Shown: positions 34,980 to 43,351 of the stretch, in pieces
How positions within the stretch are numbered: position 1 is the stretch's first letter
Layout of the letters: each line of letters begins with the position of its first letter
Assembly: GCA_964640195.1 (NCBI GenBank)
Contig: CAZXIC010000001.1
Coordinates: 83,363 to 147,362 of the forward strand
Source: an uncultured archaeon
Lineage (GTDB): Archaea > Iainarchaeota > Iainarchaeia > Iainarchaeales > GCA-2688035
Direction of reading: 5' to 3'
Length of the DNA: 64,000 nt
Made by a program: the position numbers and the translations under genes
Notes under the pieces: model-generated
What the model was told of the DNA's origin: nothing
Seen by the model: the letters and a program-made list of their open reading frames with translations, nothing else
Database searches by the model: none

Positions 34980-35582
34980 ATGCTAGAAAACGTTAAGCGT
35001 TTTTTGGAGGAACAGGAATTGCGCTTGGTCAAAAAAATTGCAAGGGGATGGAGCAGCGAAATCTTTCTGGCGGAAAACAGCAAGGGAAAAAAATTCATCC
35101 TGAAGGCGGAAAGGGAAAAATCAACGCGGTTCAAAATGGCGGAAAGGGAAGCGGAAAACCTGCGGAAAGCAAACAGTGCAGGCATCGGCCCAAAACTTGC
35201 CGGGTTTGATTTGGAGAAAAGGATAATTTTAATGGAAGCGATTGCCGGGCAAACGTTTTCCGAATGGCTCTTCGGAGGAAAGCCGGGGAAAAAGGAACTG
35301 CTCTTGGTTACAAGGGAATTAATGCGCCAGGCAAAAAAGCTGGATGAGATTGGATTGGACCACGGGCAGCTTGCCGGAAAAGGGAAAAACATTTTGGTGC
35401 AACGCAGCAAGCCGGTGATAATTGACTTTGAGAAGGCAAGCAGCAACAGAAAATGCCACAACCTTTCAACAATTGAGGGCTTTTTATTCAAAAACCCCCG
35501 CAGTGCGATTGCGGCAAAGGTCAGGGAAACCCTCGGCTTGCAGCCTGCACTCAAAGCCGAGAGCCAAAATTTAAATAGATGA
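34980..35582 (+). CDS. Archaeal Ser/Thr protein kinase (RIO/Bud32-related)
   Basis: IARGWSSEIF, ILKAE, GLDHGQL...KNILV, IIDFEKAS. Confidence 0.85.
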   Translation: MLENVKRFLEEQELRLVKKIARGWSSEIFLAENSKGKKFILKAEREKSTRFKMAEREAENLRKANSAGIGPKLAGFDLEKRIILMEAIAGQTFSEWLFGGKPGKKELLLVTRELMRQAKKLDEIGLDHGQLAGKGKNILVQRSKPVIIDFEKASSNRKCHNLSTIEGFLFKNPRSAIAAKVRETLGLQPALKAESQNLNR

Positions 35583-35612
35583 CTGTAGACAGGTATCTAT
35601 GAGGATGGGGCT

Positions 35613-35897
35613 ATGGATAAAATGACTAGGGAGAAAATGCTTAAGAGCATGTTACAAAAGTATGCAAAAGATGGACATATAGGAAATTTCAGCCCAGAGC
35701 AATTGGGTCTTGTTCAAGCAGGGAAGCTCTATAACAAGGGCAAAAGAACATTGAATGTTTCAAAACTCTCCGAGCTTCTAGCAGCTGAAACGGCTGAAGT
35801 AGCAGCAGTTAAAAAAAAGAAAAAACAGCGGGTAAGAGGCAAAAGAAGAAAAAAACTACAGCGAAGAAGAAGTTTTAGACCCAAGCTGCGGCTATAG
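35613..35897 (+). CDS. Basic orphan protein with K/R-rich C-terminus
   Basis: Open frame between convergent genes; KKKKKQRVRGKRRKKLQRRRSFRPKLRL tail. Confidence 0.55.
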   Translation: MDKMTREKMLKSMLQKYAKDGHIGNFSPEQLGLVQAGKLYNKGKRTLNVSKLSELLAAETAEVAAVKKKKKQRVRGKRRKKLQRRRSFRPKLRL

Positions 35898-35945
35898 AAA
35901 GGTTCTGTTTCTAGAAATCTGAAGCCCAAACAAAAAAAAGAAGCA

Positions 35946-36356
35946 CTACTTCCTGAATTTCCTGTCAACCTCGTTGATTAGGACATCGCAGGCTGCCTTG
36001 ATTGACTCAAGCTGCGTTATGATGCGCTCTTTTTCCTTTTCAATGTCCTGCACTGTTTCATATGGCTCAACTGCCTCGCGCAGCATGCCTCCATCAACGT
36101 AAGCATAGGGGTGCGAGTCCATTTTATTTGCAATCCTTTGCACCATTTTCCCAAGCCACAGGTTCATTTCGTCCTTTACCTGGCCCTTGATTTGCTTCCC
36201 CTGCCTCAAATGCTTTCTCAGCATGTTCACAATCGTTGCCCTCGGGAATGGCAGCTTTTCCTCAGGAATCTCGCTCTCCTCTTCCTCTTCAGGCCCCTCT
36301 TCTTCAGCTTCACCCTTCTCTGCAGCAGCAGCTTCTTTCTTCTTTGCTTTTACCAT
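35946..36356 (-). CDS. Histone-fold protein with acidic N-terminal tail and C-terminal coiled coil
   Basis: LPFPRATIVNMLRKHL...IKGQVKDEMNLWLGKMVQRIA...YVDGGMLREAV fits histone-fold helix spacing. Confidence 0.7.
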   Translation of the reverse strand: MVKAKKKEAAAAEKGEAEEEGPEEEEESEIPEEKLPFPRATIVNMLRKHLRQGKQIKGQVKDEMNLWLGKMVQRIANKMDSHPYAYVDGGMLREAVEPYETVQDIEKEKERIITQLESIKAACDVLINEVDRKFRK

Positions 36357-36450
36357 AACACAACCACCCTCACGATTTTTTAAAACAAGGCACTAAAATT
36401 AAGCACATAATTTGGGAAACATTCAAATTTTAAAGGCTTGCTACGAAGAA

Positions 36451-36564
36451 TCAGGGGTGCTTCTTTTTGCCCATAAGGTACCTTGGCCAGAATTTAGCAG
36501 CCATTTTAGTCATCCCCCAGAAGCTGAACTTATCCGCCAGTTTCTGGGGTTTTATTGGGCGCAT
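36451..36564 (-). CDS. Possible 37-aa basic peptide
   Basis: MRPIKPQKLADKFSFWGMTKMAAKFWPRYLMGKKKHP*; AT-rich promoter-like tract about 25 bp upstream. Confidence 0.3.
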   Translation of the reverse strand: MRPIKPQKLADKFSFWGMTKMAAKFWPRYLMGKKKHP

Positions 36565-36649
36565 AATAAAATACTCTCTGCAGGAATTAATAAGCTTTTC
36601 TTTTCGCACGGGCGTCGCGAATATCTAAATTTGCAAAGTAGCCTAATCG

Positions 36650-36967
36650 TCACACCTTGCTTGCCCTTATGAGAACTTCTCCATTATGCTCTTCAACGAA
36701 CACTTTCTCCTTCTCCTTTAAATGCAGTTTCTTTGCTATCTTTGCAGGAATTATTGCGGCAAGGCTGTTCCCTACTTTAACAAGCCTTCTTTCCTCGGCC
36801 TTGGCTTTCTGCATTGCCTCAATCTTTTCCATTATTTCCTGCGAATACCAGACTTTGTTGCACTTGCTGCATCTAAAAGCCTCCACCTTTATGCCCGGCT
36901 CCACTTCATCCAAAACCTTGCGAAGCTTTCCTTTCTCGCAATTCGGGCATTTTTCTCCTTCCAACAT
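36650..36967 (-). CDS. Zinc finger + AbrB/MazE antitoxin-like protein
   Basis: CPNC...CSKC; RRLVKVGNSLAAIIP. Confidence 0.8.
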   Translation of the reverse strand: MLEGEKCPNCEKGKLRKVLDEVEPGIKVEAFRCSKCNKVWYSQEIMEKIEAMQKAKAEERRLVKVGNSLAAIIPAKIAKKLHLKEKEKVFVEEHNGEVLIRASKV

Positions 36968-36970
36968 ATT

Positions 36971-37195
36971 CTATCGCCTCACGTTCCAGTAAGCGGTTAC
37001 AACAAAACACTTCTCGCCCCTGTCTTTCCAAACAACAACAAGTTCACCTTTCCTGTATTTTTTCCTGCTCTTGAACTTCTTTGGCTTCTCATCCAACTGC
37101 TTTTTGCCTGTTTCAATGCAGTCAATTGCAAGCGTTGTGTCAATCTCCTTGTCCCTGCTGTAATGCTTGCTGAAGAAAAACAGGCGCTTCAACAA
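36971..37195 (-). CDS. DUF4258-like (RelE/BrnT-fold) toxin candidate
   Basis: FFSKHY...CIETGK...LVVVWK...FVVTAYW. Confidence 0.7.
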   Translation of the reverse strand: MLKRLFFFSKHYSRDKEIDTTLAIDCIETGKKQLDEKPKKFKSRKKYRKGELVVVWKDRGEKCFVVTAYWNVRR

Positions 37196-37242
37196 AACCG
37201 CCTAAAAAGTATATATTAATACTAACTAATATAAACATATCG

Positions 37243-37262
37243 CTGCCTCAGTCCGCCCATCT
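37243..37262. repeat. Copy of C/D sRNA 3' end (20 bp identical)
   Basis: CTGCCTCAGTCCGCCCATCT = 38342-38361. Confidence 0.92.
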
Positions 37263-37290
37263 AACTCGAAAGATGAAGAATAGTTCCAGA

Positions 37291-37569
37291 CTACCTTCTG
37301 TAGATGTCATCATGGTGCTGCAGGTCCTCAAACTTTATTTTGCCGCTTTTTTTGTCAGATTTGAAAATAAGGACAAAATGCGAGAGTATGTGCACTCTCT
37401 TAAATTCCTTCAGGCCATATGACAGGTTTTTGTAGTGCTCTACATCCTGGTTGGAACATATTTCATCAATCTTCTTGAGAGCGGCTTCATACCTTAGCCT
37501 ATCCTTCTTGGCAAGTTTCTTCAGAATCCGCTTAAGCTTAACACTTATTTCAAATTCATGCATCTTCAA
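37291..37569 (-). CDS. RelE/YafQ-family toxin
   Basis: HYKNLSYGLKEFKRVHILSHFVLIF...HHDDIY. Confidence 0.88.
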   Translation of the reverse strand: MKMHEFEISVKLKRILKKLAKKDRLRYEAALKKIDEICSNQDVEHYKNLSYGLKEFKRVHILSHFVLIFKSDKKSGKIKFEDLQHHDDIYRR

Positions 37570-37798
37570 GCGCCGCCCTCAGCTTTTTAACGCTTGAAAA
37601 TTTCTCGAACTTGCCTTTGTCTATTTTCAGAAGCTCTTCCCTGTATTCAGGCTTCAGCTCAGGCTCCAAAAAAGCCTCTTCAAATTTTGAAACAATCAGG
37701 TTTGCTGCCTCGGACTTGTTGCCCAAGCCATACTTGCCCTTCACAATCGTAAGCACCCTGTCCTGGCGCTCATGAAAATCAATCACTGCCTTAGCCAC
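37556..37798 (-). CDS. DUF2683-like antitoxin
   Basis: RVLTIVKGKYGLGNKSEA...LEPELKPEY. Confidence 0.85.
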   Translation of the reverse strand: MAKAVIDFHERQDRVLTIVKGKYGLGNKSEAANLIVSKFEEAFLEPELKPEYREELLKIDKGKFEKFSSVKKLRAALEDA

Positions 37799-37856
37799 TA
37801 AATCACCAATATAATTTATAATAAAATGTAATAAAAAGATATGTTTTCAACAAAAG

Positions 37857-37872
37857 TGCCTCAGTCCGCCCA
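37857..37872. repeat. Copy of C/D sRNA 3' end (16 bp identical)
   Basis: TGCCTCAGTCCGCCCA. Confidence 0.9.
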
Positions 37873-37961
37873 ACTTAGTTCAAAAATGGACTCAGAGCTA
37901 CATTGGCTTGGTTAGATTTCAGACAGGCATATTTTTATTCTTCTTATTGGCCCATTGTATT

Positions 37962-38282
37962 ATGGGCAAAAACTTTGAACGGATGAGTGCGTACGAACTT
38001 TGGCAGTTGAAATTCAGCGATGATTTTAAATCTTTTGGCCACAAAGAATTAACGGAACTTGAATCAACGGCTAAAAAACTTTTGCAACAAAAAAAGACCA
38101 AATTGGGAACGTATAAAGGCAGAAACCCAACCGGGCATTATAAAACCTCAGAAGACATACTAATGCTAGAGGGGTTGCTTAGTTCTGTAAGAGTATCAAA
38201 ATTAAGAAAACAAAACCCTAGAATGAGATCGGGTTTTCTGCGAATCCCCAAATTGAGATTACCTAAACGTAGGAGAAAGTAA
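37962..38282 (+). CDS. Basic orphan protein (AT-rich cassette)
   Basis: MGKNFERM...RIPKLRLPKRRRK; lies between two sRNA-end repeats. Confidence 0.6.
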   Translation: MGKNFERMSAYELWQLKFSDDFKSFGHKELTELESTAKKLLQQKKTKLGTYKGRNPTGHYKTSEDILMLEGLLSSVRVSKLRKQNPRMRSGFLRIPKLRLPKRRRK

Positions 38283-38342
38283 TCTCTAAATAATTCAACT
38301 TCCAGTTTTCTTATTCAACTAAAATGGATAGGAAATAGTCAC

Positions 38343-38407
38343 TGCCTCAGTCCGCCCATCTTTCGTCATCGCTTTCGCTCTGCCTCATCGTCAGATCATC
38401 ATCGGCA
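38343..38407 (-). ncRNA. C/D box methylation-guide sRNA
   Basis: TGCC-G-ATGATGA(C)-TCTGACGATGAGG-CAGA(D')-GCGAAAGC-G-ATGACGA(C')-AAGATGGGCGGA-CTGA(D)-GGCA; terminal TGCC/GGCA stem. Confidence 0.85.
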
Positions 38408-38546
38408 ATAAATACAGTGTCTGCAATGCATTAAATTGTTTGCTCTGCTGGAAGAAACAGCGTTGGTATGGGTAATGCAAGCGGCACTTCAGCCACTGAA
38501 CAAAAAAAGAAAAAAGCAGGCGCTTGGGAAAAAACGCCTGTCAAAC

Positions 38547-39413
38547 CTACTGTATTTCAAACTGCACGCTGACTGTTGCAGTGAACTCTATGTCGCCGGG
38601 GCTTATCGGTGTGGGTGCTTCATCAACAGCAGCGCCTGCAGCCATTTCATAGGCCCTGGCATAATATGGGGTGACGTAGCTTGAGCTTTCGCTGGCGCTG
38701 TAAACCTGGCCAACACCTATGCCAAGCCCTGACGCAATGCTCTGCGCTTTCACCTGCGCGTTCGCTGCAGCGTCCTTCAAAGCCGCTGCCCTGAGCGCTG
38801 CCTCAGTTTCCTTTGTCAGGGAAAAGCTGACACCGCTGACGCTGTTTGCACCGGCCTGCACCGCAGCGTCAATAGTGCTGCCGACCTTGTCCAGGTCGCG
38901 CACTTTTGCCCTGATGCTGTTCGTTGTCCTGTATCCGACTGACTCGGATTTGCGCAGCACCTCATTCCACTCGAATTCTTCACGCAGGCTGTAACTTGAG
39001 GTTTCTATGTCCTCTGAATCAATGCCGGCGTTCTCCAGAGCAGCCATTACCTGGTTTGCCAGGACAGCATTGTCGCTCTGGCTTTTGCTGGCGCTCCTGT
39101 CAAGGGTTTCAATGCTCAGGGTGATGTAGGCGATTTCCGGGCTGGCTGTCTTTGTCACGGTTCCCGCGACTGAAATCAGCCGAATCCTGTCCCCGGATTC
39201 ATCTTCAGCAAAGCTTATTATGCCCTCTCCCAATTCTGCCATAGAGCCCTCGCTTTGGATATTTCCTGCCCTTTCAAGATAGCTGGGCAGCTGCACTACT
39301 ATTCCCTTTTGTTCTGCCGGCTGCTGGTTCAGCGCGAAAAAGCCGAAGCCGATTGCAACAATCAGTGCTGCGGCAACAATTGAGGCAGGCAAAACCCAGT
39401 TGTTTTCAGCCAT
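38547..39413 (-). CDS. SIMPL (DUF541) domain protein
   Basis: ISVAGTV...PEIAYI, DIETSSYSL, IDAAVQAGANSV, ISPGDIEFTATVSVQF; GGAGGTGA RBS. Confidence 0.93.
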   Translation of the reverse strand: MAENNWVLPASIVAAALIVAIGFGFFALNQQPAEQKGIVVQLPSYLERAGNIQSEGSMAELGEGIISFAEDESGDRIRLISVAGTVTKTASPEIAYITLSIETLDRSASKSQSDNAVLANQVMAALENAGIDSEDIETSSYSLREEFEWNEVLRKSESVGYRTTNSIRAKVRDLDKVGSTIDAAVQAGANSVSGVSFSLTKETEAALRAAALKDAAANAQVKAQSIASGLGIGVGQVYSASESSSYVTPYYARAYEMAAGAAVDEAPTPISPGDIEFTATVSVQFEIQ

Positions 39414-39590
39414 GTTGCTTTCACCTCCGATAGAAAGAAGCGGGGTTTGCTTAAAAAAATCTTCGTTTTTGTTAGGAAAAAGCCTGCCCAATCTCGAGGG
39501 AATCCTGCTGCTCACTTTTTAGCGGCATTTTTAAAAGCAATGAACAGCCAAAAACTTCCTTAGAAAAGGATTTTGGAGGTGAACAGTTTT

Positions 39591-39869
39591 ATGGGAAAGC
39601 ATTATGAGCAAATGCCAGACCCTGAGGATATAAGGAAAGTCCTTGTGTCTGTGAGAAAGGAAATACCTGGGATGATTAGGGACGTTGTGGAGGTTCTGTA
39701 CAGCGAAAAGTCCGCGAAGAGCATGGGCAAGGCTGTTGGCACCTACTACAAGACCCTAACCCAGAGCGGCATACCCAGGGACCTTGCCCTTGAGATGACA
39801 AAGGGCTATGTCCTGAACATAAACGAGATGTTCAAAAAGCAGAACTGGGGAAAGCATGAGCACTACTAA
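39591..39869 (+). CDS. Conserved helical hypothetical protein
   Basis: GGAGGTGA RBS; MGKAVGTYYKTLTQSGIPRDLALEMT. Confidence 0.75.
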   Translation: MGKHYEQMPDPEDIRKVLVSVRKEIPGMIRDVVEVLYSEKSAKSMGKAVGTYYKTLTQSGIPRDLALEMTKGYVLNINEMFKKQNWGKHEHY

Positions 39870-40062
39870 AGGCAGGCTTAGGAAGGCAATTGGCTTCGTT
39901 CCGCTAATACCAATAGCCATCATCTTTGTGGCGCAAATGACGCTTCTCATGATAGACTTCAAGCTGAAGCAGAGGCGTAGCAAGAAATACTTCAAGCAGG
40001 GCCTAGTTAAGGCAGGTCTGCCTGAGAAGGAAGCAAAGGTGCTTGCAAGGGGTTGGGGCTAG
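39856..40062 (+). CDS. Small hypothetical protein with hydrophobic helix
   Basis: Overlaps both neighbours; FKQGLVKAGLPEKEA. Confidence 0.6.
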   Translation: MSTTKGRLRKAIGFVPLIPIAIIFVAQMTLLMIDFKLKQRRSKKYFKQGLVKAGLPEKEAKVLARGWG

Positions 40063-40511
40063 TGCCTTCGGAAAAAAATCTGGAAAAGCGCTTTCTGTTG
40101 CTGCAGAAAAGGCTTGACGAAATAGAGAGCGCCATCCCACTGGCTTCAGAGCTTGTCCAACTAAGCGAAAGGCTGAACATCCCCCTTAACCTTTACAGGG
40201 GAAAAATCAAGCAGTTGGTTGTGCTGGAAGGGCTGAGCAAAAGCCTGCCTGCAATAGCAAAGGACGACATTTCAAGGGCAATAATCCAGTCGCTTTTGTC
40301 AAAGCCTGAAAGGAACACTTCAAGCATCACAAACGAGGTGGCGCAGCTGAGGGGCAAGGCAAGCAGGAGAATAATTGCAGAAAGGCTTGGAAAACTTGCC
40401 GGGGTTGGAATTGTTGAAACCAGCCGGGGGAAAAACAACGAAAAAATCTACAGGCTGAGGGGAAAACCCGAACAGGCTGGAAAAAAACCGCGGAGAACGG
40501 CGCTTACCTGA
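40053..40511 (+). CDS. Winged-helix regulator with N-terminal coiled coil
   Basis: DDISRAIIQSL...NTSSITNEV...ASRRIIAERLGKLAGVGIV. Confidence 0.75.
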   Translation: MGLVPSEKNLEKRFLLLQKRLDEIESAIPLASELVQLSERLNIPLNLYRGKIKQLVVLEGLSKSLPAIAKDDISRAIIQSLLSKPERNTSSITNEVAQLRGKASRRIIAERLGKLAGVGIVETSRGKNNEKIYRLRGKPEQAGKKPRRTALT

Positions 40512-40519
40512 AAACCGTC

Positions 40520-40999
40520 TCACGGGTTTAGAATCCAGATGCTATAATTCAGGAAAGCGGCAAAGCTTACCCAAAGTAAGTAGGGGACAAGCAGAAGCCC
40601 TGCCTTTTTCGATATCCTGTAGAAAAATATTGTGGTTGCGAGGATTGCAATCCAGAGCAGAACAATTTCTATGAAAGCAAGGAACGGGCTCTGCAATCCG
40701 AAGAAAAGGAACGACCACAAGACGTTCAGGGCTAACTGAAAGGCAAAAACAGAAACCGCCAGCTTGGCTCCCTTCTTTTCCAAACCCTTTTCCCAAACGA
40801 GGTAAAGGGAAAGCCCCATCAGCAGGAACAATGCAGTCCACACCGGCGCAAAAATCCAGTTTGGTGGTGTAAAAACAGGCCTTTGGATGCTGGCATACCA
40901 TCCGGTTATTGCAGGGGCAGTGAAAACCGAGCCAACAAAGCCAGCAAGCTGGCACAACAGGATTGCGGCAATGAGCCTCACAATATTGCTTCTGCCCAT
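40520..40999 (-). CDS. tspO: TspO/MBR tryptophan-rich sensory protein
   Basis: WYASIQRPVFTPPNWIFAPVWT, LNVLWSFLFFG, PYLLWVSFA. Confidence 0.96.
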   Translation of the reverse strand: MGRSNIVRLIAAILLCQLAGFVGSVFTAPAITGWYASIQRPVFTPPNWIFAPVWTALFLLMGLSLYLVWEKGLEKKGAKLAVSVFAFQLALNVLWSFLFFGLQSPFLAFIEIVLLWIAILATTIFFYRISKKAGLLLVPYLLWVSFAAFLNYSIWILNP

Positions 41000-41104
41000 C
41001 TGCTAAGAGGATAAGCGTTGGCAAATATATAGTTATCTTCTGCACATACTGCTAGCTGCAGAGGAGCGAAAGCGATGAAGATTCGTTACGCTCCCTTTTA
41101 CCCC

Positions 41105-43351
41105 CTAGTTTTGCGGGTTTAGCTGCAAGACGAGCAATGCTGCTCCAATTTCTACCAATCCTTGAGAGCCTTCTGCCTTTATTATCTTTATATATTTTCC
41201 AGTTAAGTTTTTCTTTAAGATTTTTTTTGCTGAATTGAGCACAACTTTGTTTTGTGAAAGGGTCCCTCCAATTACAATGTATTCGGGGGAGATTATTTGG
41301 GTTATTTGGGCCATGGCGCAGCCTAACGCGGTCCCTGCACTTTCAAGGACTCTTTTTACCTCCTTTTTGTTGCACAATTCATTTAGCTTTTTAACCGATG
41401 AAACCACTATCTCGGCCTTCCTCAGCGAACTTTTGATTGAAAATATTGTTGCGAAATTTTTTAACACGCAAACTTTTTTCCCGACAGTTATTTGAAAATT
41501 TTCCAGGTTGGGGGTTGTTGCCTTGCTGTCCGAATAAAGCCTTCCATCCAAAACAAATCCCGCTTCAATTTTGGAGCCAACCGAAACGTATGCAAGCCTT
41601 TTTGTATTGTTTTTTGCTGCCTCTGCCAAAGCAATAGTGTTCGTGTAATTTTCGACAAAAATCCTTTCACCACTGATGCGCTTCATATTTTCCTTTATGT
41701 TAAAGTTCCTAAGGTTTGGCTGTTTTTTAACCGAAATAAGCCCCATCCTTCGCGAAATTTTTCCAGAGCAACTAAAACAAACCCCCTGGATTTCCCTATT
41801 TTTCTTCAAAAACCTGATTAGCCTCGCTGCTTTTTTGTAAACACCTTTTCTGCTTTCATTTTTCTTCAGACGTTCTGATTTTTTTGCCAGAACCTTCCCG
41901 TCCTCATTGACCAAACCCCCCAGCAGACTATTGGTGGAAACCCTTATCCCAATTGCTTTCGGTTTTTTTTCATCTTCAACTGCCTCCAAAATCCTTTTAA
42001 ACACCCTCAGATAAGACTTTGCGCAAGTGCTCCAGACGTATTTTTTCCTTACTTTTTTTAGCGCATTTTTCACTACCCTCCTCTTCAGTTTTTTGCTTTT
42101 AAGCAGCCGCTTTATTGTCTTTGCTATTTCCTTCGGCTTTTTAGGATTAAAAAGCAAGCCGTCCTGCCCGTTTTTAATTATTTCTGACGGCCCGCCAAAT
42201 TTTGTTGCCGCAACAGGCAGGCCGCAGCCCATCGCCTCAATAACCGTAAGCCCGAAAGGCTCTATTAGGGCGGGATTCACAAACACCCCGCCCTCTCTTG
42301 CAGCGACCCTGTAGAGCTCTGATATTTCCCCCGGGTACTTAAGTGAGATTGAGGGCAAACAAAAATTTCCAAAAAGATTGTGCTTTTGTATAACGTTGTT
42401 TATTTGGTCAATCAGTTTTTGCTCTTCTTCCTTGGCTGTTTCAACAGCAGGGGCAAAAATAACGAGGTTGGCCATCTTTTGAAGTTCCTTGTCCCCGGCG
42501 TAGGCCCTAATCAATGAAATGAGGTTTTTTCTTTTATCCATCCTGCTTATGGCTATAAGCATCGGCTTGAAGGGGTCCTCAAGGTTTTGTGTTAGAATGT
42601 TTTTTATTTTTTGTCTTGCAATTTTATGGTTTTTGTGTTTTTTTGGTTTAACTGTGTTGGGGGAAAAATTGTTTTGATTTATCCCGGGGGGGACAACATT
42701 TACCTTTCCGCTTTTCGAATCTATGTTATAGCCCTTGTATTGTTCTTCCAGTTCTGCAAAAGTGCTTACAATCAAGGCGTCAGAGTTTTCAATGGTTCTC
42801 TCCTCTGCTTCAATCCTTTTATCAAAATGGAATATCCTGTTGAATTTGCTGAAATTTTTTTTGTTCACGCCCAATTTCGCCATTTTGGGCTTTCCGAGCG
42901 AATGGCTGGTATGAACCTGCGGGATTCCCAGTTCAAACGAAAGCTTTGCGCAAACCAGCCCAGAGTCAGCGTAATTGCTTTGCAGGATATCCGGGATTTC
43001 CTTTGTTTTCTTGAAATATTTCTTTGTATTTTCAACAAACTCATCAATATGCGGCCAAAGATTGACTTTTTTAAGGTATTTTTTTCCGCCGCAGGGAATC
43101 CTTACAATCTTGACTTTTTCTGAAACCTGCTCAAAGGCTTTGTTGTAGCCGGGGTATTTTGGGTCCTCAATTTTTCTTGTGACAATTTCCACCTTTTTAA
43201 CGTCTTTTAATTTTACGAGTTCTTTTGCAAGTTCCAAAACGTATGTTATCTGGCCTCCCGTGTCTTCGTCCCTCCCAAGCTCTGGGTTTTTACCCCTCAA
43301 CAAGCCGTGCATGCTGTGCATTTGTATAAAAAGTTTCTTTCTTGCCATCAT
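41105..43351 (-). CDS. Sucrose-phosphate synthase GT4 domain fused to a degenerate ROK-family domain
   Basis: HGLLRGKNPELGRDEDTGGQITYVLELA, HSLGK, FVNPALIEPFGLT; C-terminal ROK-like FVENYTNTIALAE, ISPEYIVIGG. Confidence 0.85.
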   Translation of the reverse strand: MMARKKLFIQMHSMHGLLRGKNPELGRDEDTGGQITYVLELAKELVKLKDVKKVEIVTRKIEDPKYPGYNKAFEQVSEKVKIVRIPCGGKKYLKKVNLWPHIDEFVENTKKYFKKTKEIPDILQSNYADSGLVCAKLSFELGIPQVHTSHSLGKPKMAKLGVNKKNFSKFNRIFHFDKRIEAEERTIENSDALIVSTFAELEEQYKGYNIDSKSGKVNVVPPGINQNNFSPNTVKPKKHKNHKIARQKIKNILTQNLEDPFKPMLIAISRMDKRKNLISLIRAYAGDKELQKMANLVIFAPAVETAKEEEQKLIDQINNVIQKHNLFGNFCLPSISLKYPGEISELYRVAAREGGVFVNPALIEPFGLTVIEAMGCGLPVAATKFGGPSEIIKNGQDGLLFNPKKPKEIAKTIKRLLKSKKLKRRVVKNALKKVRKKYVWSTCAKSYLRVFKRILEAVEDEKKPKAIGIRVSTNSLLGGLVNEDGKVLAKKSERLKKNESRKGVYKKAARLIRFLKKNREIQGVCFSCSGKISRRMGLISVKKQPNLRNFNIKENMKRISGERIFVENYTNTIALAEAAKNNTKRLAYVSVGSKIEAGFVLDGRLYSDSKATTPNLENFQITVGKKVCVLKNFATIFSIKSSLRKAEIVVSSVKKLNELCNKKEVKRVLESAGTALGCAMAQITQIISPEYIVIGGTLSQNKVVLNSAKKILKKNLTGKYIKIIKAEGSQGLVEIGAALLVLQLNPQN

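Noticed and set aside
37243..38361. Three direct repeats read as a CRISPR array
   Set aside because: Spacing is about 490-610 bp with whole genes between, repeats are only 16-20 bp, and there are no cas genes.
38355..38396. Hammerhead ribozyme (CTGACGA...CGAAA on the minus strand)
   Set aside because: Stem II does not close and there is no stem III/NUH site; the C/D box layout explains the sequence fully.
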